DNA from: Candidatus Berkelbacteria bacterium CG_4_10_14_0_2_um_filter_35_9_33_12
GTDB taxonomy: Bacteria; Patescibacteriota; UBA1384; GWA2-35-9
Reading direction: 5' to 3'
Length of the DNA stretch: 35,137 nucleotides
NCBI GenBank assembly: GCA_002793435.1
Contig: PFQF01000028.1
Coordinates: forward strand, 1 to 35,137
A program made the position numbers and the translations under genes. How positions within the stretch are numbered: the first letter of the stretch is position 1; each line of letters starts with the position of its first letter. Below the pieces are notes generated by a model. The model made no database searches, was not told where the DNA came from, and saw only the letters and a list, made by a program, of their open reading frames with translations. Below are positions 26,443 to 34,071 of the stretch, in pieces.

Positions 26443-26602
26443 TTAAGCATTAAGATCCAGCCTACTGACAGGCAGATCAAAATTAAGAAATAAATTATAC
26501 ATTAAAAATTATTACAAATTGGTTATAAACCATTGGACAAATATAATAATGTGTTATTGTGGTATTGTAAGACTTAATAATAATCACTTACAAAGAAAAA
26601 TT

Positions 26603-27595
26603 ATGAAAAAAACTAAAGTTAATCCAACATCGCTGAAAGCGGCTTTGGCGCAGATCGAAAAAGATTTTGGCGAAGGTGCCATTATGAAATATGGCGAAAT
26701 GGATAAATTAAAAGTGAGTGTTATTTCTTCTGGTTCGCTCTCAGTGGATTTGGCGCTGGGCGTTGGAGGTTTGCCAAGAGGCAGAATTGTTGAAATTTAT
26801 GGACCGGAAAGTTCCGGGAAAACAACCTTAGCTCTGACGACCGTTGCCCAAGCACAAAAAGAGGGTGGTTTGGGCGCTTTTATTGATGCTGAACACGCTC
26901 TTGATCCAGAGTATGCTAAAAATATTGGCGTTAATGTTGACGAACTATTGATATCGCAACCGGATTCAGGCGAACAAGCGTTAGAAATATGTGAAACCTT
27001 AGTTCGTTCCAATGCGTTAGATGTGATTGTCATCGATTCGGTTGCCGCCCTAGTTCCAAAAGCTGAGCTCGAGGGTGATATGGGTGATTCGCATATGGGT
27101 TTGCAAGCCAGATTAATGAGCCAGGCGTTGAGAAAATTGACAGCGGTGGTCAGCAAATCAAAAACGATTGTGATTTTTATCAATCAAATCCGAATGAAAA
27201 TTGGAGTTGTGTTTGGCAACCCGGAGACCACGACTGGGGGCATGGCGTTAAAATTCTATTCATCAATTCGAATTGAGATCCGGAAAATCGAATCGCTAAA
27301 AGTCGGCGATGAATTTATTGGTAATCGAGTTCGGGCTAAAGTGGTTAAAAATAAGGTTGCTCCGCCCTTTAAATCGGCAGAATTTGATATTATGTACGGG
27401 AAGGGCGTTTCAAAAGAAGGCGAAATTTTAGATATGGGCGTAGCCAATGAAGTAGTCATTAAAAGCGGTGCGTGGTATAATTATGGAGAAGAGAAAATTG
27501 GACAAGGCAAAGATTCAGCCCGGCAGTTTTTAACCGATCATCCGGATATAATGAATGAGATATTTGAAGTGATAAAGAAAAAGGTGAAGAAGTAA
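26603..27595 (+). CDS. recA: Recombinase RecA
   Basis: [59 protein letters not shown]; ATG at 26603 preferred. Confidence 0.99.
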   Translation: MKKTKVNPTSLKAALAQIEKDFGEGAIMKYGEMDKLKVSVISSGSLSVDLALGVGGLPRGRIVEIYGPESSGKTTLALTTVAQAQKEGGLGAFIDAEHALDPEYAKNIGVNVDELLISQPDSGEQALEICETLVRSNALDVIVIDSVAALVPKAELEGDMGDSHMGLQARLMSQALRKLTAVVSKSKTIVIFINQIRMKIGVVFGNPETTTGGMALKFYSSIRIEIRKIESLKVGDEFIGNRVRAKVVKNKVAPPFKSAEFDIMYGKGVSKEGEILDMGVANEVVIKSGAWYNYGEEKIGQGKDSARQFLTDHPDIMNEIFEVIKKKVKK

Positions 27596-27658
27596 ATTAC
27601 CAATTACAAATTTTAAATTGCGTTTCTGTAAATTATTGAGGGGGTAATTATTAACATT

Positions 27659-29980
27659 TTGTGGCTTAGGGATGTGTCTCGTCGAGATATTGCCGAGGTT
27701 GGAGGGAAGGGCGCAAATCTAGGGGAATTGATTAGTGCTGGTATTCCGGTACCAAATGGTTTTGTAGTAACTTCAAGCGCTTATCGACAATTTTTGAAGG
27801 ATAACAATTTAGTTCCAAAAATAAAGAAAATATTATCCGATTTAGATGTCGAAAAATCCGATATTTTGAGTAAAAAAGCTTTGGAAATTCAAAAACTGAT
27901 ATTATCTGGGAAAATGTCGGATATTTTGGTAAGTGAAATCAAGGATGCTTACGAAGCGTTAGTGGTTCGATCAGCTTCAAAATTAGTCGCCATTCGTTCC
28001 TCGGCAACAGCGGAAGATTTACCGAGCGCATCCTTTGCTGGTCAGCAAAAAACTTTTTTAAATGTAACTGGAGCAGAACAAGTAGTGGTAAATGTGCAAA
28101 AAGCATTTGCATCACTTTTCGAGGCTAGAGCTATCTATTATAGGTCAATAAACCATTTTGATCATTTTCAGGTGGCACTGGCTTCGCCGGTCCAGCAAAT
28201 GGTACAAGCTGATAAATCGGGTATATTATTTACCGTCAACCCACTAACTAGCAATGAGGATGAATTGGTGATTGAGGCTGGGTTAGGGTTGGGTGAAACG
28301 ATTGTGTCGGGCTCGGTCAATCCAGATCAATATATCATTGATAAAGCCTCGTTCAGAATTAAAGATCAACATATTGCCAAACAAGCTTGGAAAATGGTTT
28401 ATGATTTAGCGACGGGGAAAAATGTTCATCTCAACTTGACTGTGGCTGAACAAACGACTCAAAAGATCAGCAATGAAGAAATTTTGCAACTCGCTCGATT
28501 GGGATTAAAAATTGAAAATTATTATCGTTTTCCACAGGATACTGAATGGGCAATTCAATCGGGACGGTTATTTTTTGTTCAATCTCGTACGATTACGACA
28601 TTAAAAAAAAGCGTTCAACCAAAATCGGATGTTGGAATTCCTGAAAATACCAAAATCAGCTCGGGTGAACCATTATTAAAGGGTATTCCAGCTTCGATCG
28701 GAACTGTAACTGGTAAAGTAAAAATTATTCATTCTCCGGCAGAAAATAACGATATCCAAGTTGGCGATATTTTGGTCGCCGAGATGACCAATCCGTCTTT
28801 CGTGCCAGCGATGAAAAGAGCGACTGCGATTGTGACGGATAGCGGGGGTATGACTTCGCACGCCGCCATTGTTTCAAGAGAATTAGGCAAACCGGCAGTG
28901 GTTGGTACGGGTCAAGCGACCCATCAGTTAAAAGATGGCGAGGAAATCACGGTTGATGGCGCAAGAGGTTATATTTATCGTGGAAAAATTGAGAGCCAAA
29001 CTATTATTGATGAGCATATTGTTGAATCGCAAATCTCAACGCCCAACGACATTTCGATTTTGCGAGATGTGGTGCCAGTTACCGGAACAATAGTTTATCT
29101 CAATTTAGCTGAGCCGGCTGGTGCTAAAGAAGCCAGTAAATTACCGGTCGATGGAGTCGGATTACTAAGGGCGGAGTTTATGATTGCTGAAGTTGGCATC
29201 CATCCCCAAGCTTTGATTGCTCAGAAAAAAGAAGAGGAGTTTGTAAAATCTTTGACACAAGGAATTTTCGATTTTGCGAGTGCATTTAAGCCGAGACCGG
29301 TCATTTACCGAACGACCGATTTTAAAACTAATGAATACAGTGGACTAACGGGTGGGGAAAAATTTGAGCCTAAAGAAGAGAACCCAATGATTGGTTTTCG
29401 AGGTGCTAATCGTTATGTGACCAATCCGGAAGTATTTAAACTTGAAATTGAAGCCTTGAAACGAGTCCGTGAAAAATTTAATTTAAAAAATGTGCATATT
29501 ATGATTCCGTTTGTCCGTACGGTTGATGAGTTAAATAAAACACTTGAAATAATGAAGGAAAATGGGCTGGAACGATCGAAAGATTTAAAAATTTGGATTA
29601 TGGTTGAGGTGCCTTCGACAGTGCTTTTGATTGATAAGTTTTGCCAATGTGAAATTGATGGTGTCTCTATTGGCACGAACGATTTGACTCAGCTGATTTT
29701 AGGTGTTGACCGGGATAATGAAAAATTATCCTATCAATATGATGAACGAGATCCAGCTGTTTTAATGGCGATAGCGAGAGTAATTAATGTATGTAAACTT
29801 TATCACAAAACTATCTCAATTTGCGGTAATGCGGCTTCTACCTACCCAGAAATTGTTGATTTTATGGTTCGCCACGGTGCTACTTCAGTCTCGGTTTCGG
29901 CTGATGTGGCGATTCAGACCAAAAAACTTATTGCTTCAATCGAAAAAAAGATCTTATTAGAACATCAGTGCGGAGCTTGA
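27659..29980 (+). CDS. ppsA: Phosphoenolpyruvate synthase
   Basis: VGGKGANLGE, RSSATAED, SFAGQQ, GGMTSHAAIVSRE (phospho-His), EENPMIGFRG, SIGTNDLTQ; start uncertain. Confidence 0.96.
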   Translation: MWLRDVSRRDIAEVGGKGANLGELISAGIPVPNGFVVTSSAYRQFLKDNNLVPKIKKILSDLDVEKSDILSKKALEIQKLILSGKMSDILVSEIKDAYEALVVRSASKLVAIRSSATAEDLPSASFAGQQKTFLNVTGAEQVVVNVQKAFASLFEARAIYYRSINHFDHFQVALASPVQQMVQADKSGILFTVNPLTSNEDELVIEAGLGLGETIVSGSVNPDQYIIDKASFRIKDQHIAKQAWKMVYDLATGKNVHLNLTVAEQTTQKISNEEILQLARLGLKIENYYRFPQDTEWAIQSGRLFFVQSRTITTLKKSVQPKSDVGIPENTKISSGEPLLKGIPASIGTVTGKVKIIHSPAENNDIQVGDILVAEMTNPSFVPAMKRATAIVTDSGGMTSHAAIVSRELGKPAVVGTGQATHQLKDGEEITVDGARGYIYRGKIESQTIIDEHIVESQISTPNDISILRDVVPVTGTIVYLNLAEPAGAKEASKLPVDGVGLLRAEFMIAEVGIHPQALIAQKKEEEFVKSLTQGIFDFASAFKPRPVIYRTTDFKTNEYSGLTGGEKFEPKEENPMIGFRGANRYVTNPEVFKLEIEALKRVREKFNLKNVHIMIPFVRTVDELNKTLEIMKENGLERSKDLKIWIMVEVPSTVLLIDKFCQCEIDGVSIGTNDLTQLILGVDRDNEKLSYQYDERDPAVLMAIARVINVCKLYHKTISICGNAASTYPEIVDFMVRHGATSVSVSADVAIQTKKLIASIEKKILLEHQCGA

Positions 29981-30043
29981 GATATATCGGTAACATCCGT
30001 TACATCAGTTGAAATGGTTTCTTGTCCAGCGTATACTGTGTGC

Positions 30044-31171
30044 GTGGAACCGTTAGCATCAATAATCAGACCTAAATATTTGTCCGAATTCATTGGACAA
30101 TCTCATTTAGTTGGAGTAGGAAAACCTCTTCGAATTGCTTCAGAAAACCAACATTTATTCTCATTTATTTTATGGGGACCTCCGGGGGTTGGTAAAACTA
30201 CTTTAGCCAGAATATATGCGAATGCGTTGAATGTAAAGTATTTTGAGCTTTCGGCTGTTTCTTCTGGGAAAGAAGATATTAGAAAAATCGTTAGATTTCT
30301 AACCAAAGAAAACGAAGCCAAACTATTATTTTTAGATGAAATACATCGCTTTAGCAAAGCGCAACAGGATTTTTTATTGCCATTTGTTGAATCAGGTGAG
30401 ATTACATTGGTTGGAGCAACGACAGAAAATCCCAGTTTTGAAATTATAGCACCTTTGCTTTCTAGATGCCGAGTGTTTATTTTAAACCAACTTCAACCTA
30501 AAGAAATGGAAAAAATAATTGAACGAACTGAACTAAAAATTGGAGCTGACGCAATAGATTGGTTAATTACTATGGCGGACGGCGATGCTAGACAAGCAAT
30601 TTCAATGTTAGAAAATACAAACAAATTATACGGTAAAATTACAGTTGAGAATTTAAAAAACACACTTCAATCTAAGCTGTTACGTTATGATAAAAAAGGC
30701 GAAGAACATTATAATCTTATTTCTGCGTTTATAAAATCAATGAGAGCTAATCAGCCGGATGCAACACTTTATTATTTAGCTAGGATGATTGGCGCAGGCG
30801 AAGACCCAAAATTTATTGCTAGACGAATGGTAATTTTTGCCAGCGAAGATATTGGTTTAGTGCAACCAACTGCGTTAGTGGTTGCGAACGAAATTTTTAG
30901 AGCAGTTGAGACTGTTGGATATCCAGAATGCGCTATCAATTTAGCGCATGGGGCAGTCTATTTATCTCAAGCTAAAAAAGACCGGTCAGTTTATAATGGT
31001 TTACGACAAGCACAGGCAGACTCAAATAAATATGGAAATTTATCAATACCACTAAAGTTACGCAATGCTCCGACAAAATTAATGAAAGAGCTTGAATACG
31101 GAAAAGATTATCAAAAATATAGTCAAGAAGATTTATTGCCAGATGAATTAAAGGGAAGAAAGTATTTATAG
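30044..31171 (+). CDS. rarA: Replication-associated recombination protein A (RarA/MgsA)
   Basis: PLASIIRP, WGPPGVGKTT, DEIHRF, GATTENPSF, SAFIKSMR, ASEDIG, RNAPTKLMK; GTG at 30044 after TTGAAA-17bp-TATACT. Confidence 0.95.
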   Translation: MEPLASIIRPKYLSEFIGQSHLVGVGKPLRIASENQHLFSFILWGPPGVGKTTLARIYANALNVKYFELSAVSSGKEDIRKIVRFLTKENEAKLLFLDEIHRFSKAQQDFLLPFVESGEITLVGATTENPSFEIIAPLLSRCRVFILNQLQPKEMEKIIERTELKIGADAIDWLITMADGDARQAISMLENTNKLYGKITVENLKNTLQSKLLRYDKKGEEHYNLISAFIKSMRANQPDATLYYLARMIGAGEDPKFIARRMVIFASEDIGLVQPTALVVANEIFRAVETVGYPECAINLAHGAVYLSQAKKDRSVYNGLRQAQADSNKYGNLSIPLKLRNAPTKLMKELEYGKDYQKYSQEDLLPDELKGRKYL

Positions 31172-31194
31172 GGAATAATTTTGTTCTTAATAGC

Positions 31195-31284
31195 TGGCGG
31201 TGGGACAGAGATTCGAACTCTGGGTGTTCTTTCGAACACACACGCTTTCCAGGCGTGCGCACTAGTCCACTATGCGATCCCACC
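31195..31284 (-). tRNA. tRNA-Ser(GGA)
   Basis: GGTGGGA/TCCCACC acceptor stem + G-CCA, anticodon arm CACGC-CTGGAAA-GCGTG, long variable arm GTGTTC-GAAA-GAACAC, T-loop GTTCGAATC. Confidence 0.97.
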
Positions 31285-31364
31285 CTACCAGATTATGGTA
31301 TAATAAAGTCAGATATTATTCAATAAAATTCTAGATTATAAATTATTAATTATTAGGAGGAATA

Positions 31365-32195
31365 ATGGAAAATTCTTATCAAAAATTAGAAAATAGTAAA
31401 TTGCTCGACTTGACTGGTAAAACAGCGATTGTGACCGGTGGGGCGATGGGGATTGGCAGAGGGATAGTTGAGAGATTGGCTGAGGCGGGGGCAAATGTGG
31501 TGATCGCTGATTTTGATCTTGAATCTGCCAACAAAACCGTCGAAGAACTAACCGCTAAACGTTATTCGCTGTACGCTGTCAAAGCTGATGTTTCAAGCGA
31601 AGAAGATGTGCAAAATATGGTCAAATCAACCGTTGAAAAGTTTGGTAGTGTTGATATTTTGGTCAATAATGCCGGTATTTATCCATCCGTGCCACTTTCC
31701 AAAATGGCTAAAGAAGATTTTGAAAAAGTGATTGCGGTTAATTTGCGGGGCGTATTTTTGTGCGTTGAAGAAGTCAGCGATCAAATGATTACGCAGGGAA
31801 AAAGTGGAAAGATTATCAACATTACATCTATTGACGCCTTGCATCCTTCGATGATTGGACTGTCAGCCTACGATGCTAGCAAACACGGTGTTTGGGGTTT
31901 TACCAAAAATGTAGCGTTAGAACTGGCGGAGCATAAAATTTGGGTTAACGCAGTTGCGCCGGGGGGGATTGCCACCCCGGGCGTGGCAAAAATGAACCAA
32001 CCCAAAGAGGGTCAAGCACCAGCGCCTCAAGTAAATCAAGAAGAAATGATTAAAGCCTTTATGGCAAAAATTCCGATGCATCGTTTTGGTGAAAGTGATG
32101 AAATCGGCAAAGTGGTATTGTTCTTAGCCAGCGATATGTCTAGCTTTATGACTGGCTCGCAAATCGTGGTTGACGGTGGAGCGTTGTTGAGTTAA
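31365..32195 (+). CDS. SDR-family NAD(P)-dependent oxidoreductase
   Basis: TGGAMGIG, NNAG, YDASK, VNAVAPG, TGSQIVVDGG; AGGAGG RBS. Confidence 0.93.
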   Translation: MENSYQKLENSKLLDLTGKTAIVTGGAMGIGRGIVERLAEAGANVVIADFDLESANKTVEELTAKRYSLYAVKADVSSEEDVQNMVKSTVEKFGSVDILVNNAGIYPSVPLSKMAKEDFEKVIAVNLRGVFLCVEEVSDQMITQGKSGKIINITSIDALHPSMIGLSAYDASKHGVWGFTKNVALELAEHKIWVNAVAPGGIATPGVAKMNQPKEGQAPAPQVNQEEMIKAFMAKIPMHRFGESDEIGKVVLFLASDMSSFMTGSQIVVDGGALLS

Positions 32196-32327
32196 CTTTT
32201 TATAAAGTTCATCAAGTTTATAAAGTTTTATTAAAGTTTCCATTTTTAATGTTTAATAAATTATCAAGGATCAATTTATTCTTAAATCCAAAACCTTAAA
32301 TCATAAATATATATAGAAAGGAGTTTT

Positions 32328-32738
32328 ATGAACATTATTGAAAATGTAATCATGATAACTCTGGGGTTGATTGCTTTTATTGTAATTAATTTATTCATAA
32401 TAAAAATATTAAAAAATAATTGTAGAAGTCTTTCTATCGAAATTTCTACGAATAATGCGTTATTAATATCACTAATCACAACCCTGCAAATTGTTATTAT
32501 TATGGGAATCGCATCGTTTATTACGCCTATTAATATGTACGTAATTATTATTTATAGTATAGTTTTCATTTTCGGAATTTTTTATTTATTACTACATAAA
32601 TTTACAAGGTTAAATTTTAAACAAATATTAAGAATTGCATTTGCAATAGGCATCTCAATGTTTTTAATATTTTTCTTTTTTGCAATGATTGGACTATTTA
32701 TAGCATTTTATTTTGCATCAAAATCGGGCTCAATATAA
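32328..32738 (+). CDS. Hypothetical membrane protein (about 4 TM)
   Basis: GAAAGGAG RBS; four hydrophobic stretches; very AT-rich. Confidence 0.65.
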   Translation: MNIIENVIMITLGLIAFIVINLFIIKILKNNCRSLSIEISTNNALLISLITTLQIVIIMGIASFITPINMYVIIIYSIVFIFGIFYLLLHKFTRLNFKQILRIAFAIGISMFLIFFFFAMIGLFIAFYFASKSGSI

Positions 32739-32813
32739 TACAATTCCAAGTATCATTAAGTTGTCAATTATCAAATTCCAAACATTAAAATATTTATTAA
32801 TAAAGGAGGAATA

Positions 32814-32939
32814 ATGGAAGATCAAAAGTGTGAGTGTGGAGCAGAGCTTTGTGAGGACTGCAAATGTTCTTGCAATGAGGAAGTTTGTAAGAAGTGTTGC
32901 AAATGTGATGAAGATTGTGACTGCGGTTGTAAAAAATAA
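32814..32939 (+). CDS. Small Cys-rich metallothionein-like protein (absent from the ORF track)
   Basis: AAGGAGGA RBS; MEDQKCECGAELCEDCKCSCNEEVCKKCCKCDEDCDCGCKK, 41 aa, 13 Cys. Confidence 0.8.
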   Translation: MEDQKCECGAELCEDCKCSCNEEVCKKCCKCDEDCDCGCKK

Positions 32940-32988
32940 ATTAGTTTCAAAATTTTCTTTTTAATTTCAACGTTTGCAAAACATATTC

Positions 32989-33068
32989 AAACTGACTAAG
33001 TGTTTTTTGTGTATCATAAAACATTCTGGTATTCTGGTGAATATCAGAATGTTGTTAGTCAGTTTTTT
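32989..33068 (+). terminator. Long inverted repeat followed by a T-run (terminator or operator)
   Basis: AAACTGACTAA/TTAGTCAGTTT enclosing AACATTCTGGTATTC-TGGT-GAATATCAGAATGTT. Confidence 0.45.
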
Positions 33069-33209
33069 CAGTATTAATTTAACTGCGTAGGTTCAAACAC
33101 ATCGTGGACACTCTACCCTAATAATGATAGGGTAATAGATTAACTTAGAAAGGAGTGCTATTTCAATCAATTGGTTTTTATTAATTCTTGTTTATGCTAT
33201 ATTTTAAGT

Positions 33210-33557
33210 ATGAAAATAGTTAAAGATGAAATATTCCTTGACGAGCTCAAAACAATGTCAAAAAATATGTTTGGCAATTTAGTCAAAGCGGTTGTTGATA
33301 TTGAGAAAAAAATAATGGCGGTTAACGCAGAGCTTCACAGTGATGAAGAACAAATACTTTTAGAAAACGGTTCCACGCAAAATAATCTATGGGGAATTAA
33401 CCTATATCCGGAAAAATTTGGCACAGATAACTTTGTTGAGTTTGACTCAATGATAAACTTGCGTCCTTCGCAAAATAATCGCACTCGAGGTGTTGACGAT
33501 CCAAGAGTCCAAGATTTGATTAAGAACATAGTTGATAAATTGACAATAAATGAGTAA
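33210..33557 (+). CDS. DUF5674-like protein
   Basis: LVKAVVDIE, ELHSDEE, NLWGINLYP, FDSMINLRPSQNN; family recalled from memory; ATG at 33210 preferred. Confidence 0.75.
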   Translation: MKIVKDEIFLDELKTMSKNMFGNLVKAVVDIEKKIMAVNAELHSDEEQILLENGSTQNNLWGINLYPEKFGTDNFVEFDSMINLRPSQNNRTRGVDDPRVQDLIKNIVDKLTINE

Positions 33558-33876
33558 TATTTATCATAAAAAATTGGCTATTGGGCGTTGGCAAAAAATG
33601 AGTTTTTTTGAGCAAATGGCAAATATCGGAAGTGAAGTGGAGAGATCAGCTAATTGGAAAGAAAAAGACAAATACAATTTTGAGCTTGCAGTTGAGCGAG
33701 CGCTGGAATTAATGGATCAAACCATTAACGACAAGAAAAATAAAAAACGATTAAGAGAACTCTGCCGTTTACGAGAAGTATTTGTTGATTGGCGATTTGA
33801 AAATAATTATAAGTCTTCATTACAAAACTGGCGCAGTTATTTTTACCCGTTTATTATCGCCCACAGAGCTCAATAA
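33550..33876 (+). CDS. Hypothetical helical protein coupled to the DUF5674-like gene
   Basis: 8-nt overlap with the upstream gene; motifs RWQKMSFFEQMANIGSEVER and RLRELCRLRE. Confidence 0.75.
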   Translation: MSNIYHKKLAIGRWQKMSFFEQMANIGSEVERSANWKEKDKYNFELAVERALELMDQTINDKKNKKRLRELCRLREVFVDWRFENNYKSSLQNWRSYFYPFIIAHRAQ

Positions 33877-34071
33877 AAAAATTTCCCATATCGTCTGGAA
33901 CATGGGCTCTCTACGCCCCATTTTCAAACCAAACAACTACTCGCAAATTTGGTTTTAGCTTTAAACTATCCCGAATAGATTTTGGGATCGTGAGCTGACA
34001 TTTTCGGGTAATATTAGTTGTATATTACAGGGTGTTATTACTATATTAAGTATTACTTATTTTATCAAGTT

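Noticed and set aside
26455-26480. GCCTACTGACAGGCAG as another palindromic repeat type
   Set aside because: Single short degenerate copy in this window; cannot be supported.
21890-29980. Alternative genetic code (UGA=Gly, code 25)
   Set aside because: Long conserved ORFs are intact under code 11, and pilB and ppsA end at TGA at expected lengths.
30972-31283. 103-aa minus-strand ORF
   Set aside because: Overlaps tRNA-Ser and the 3' end of rarA; spurious.
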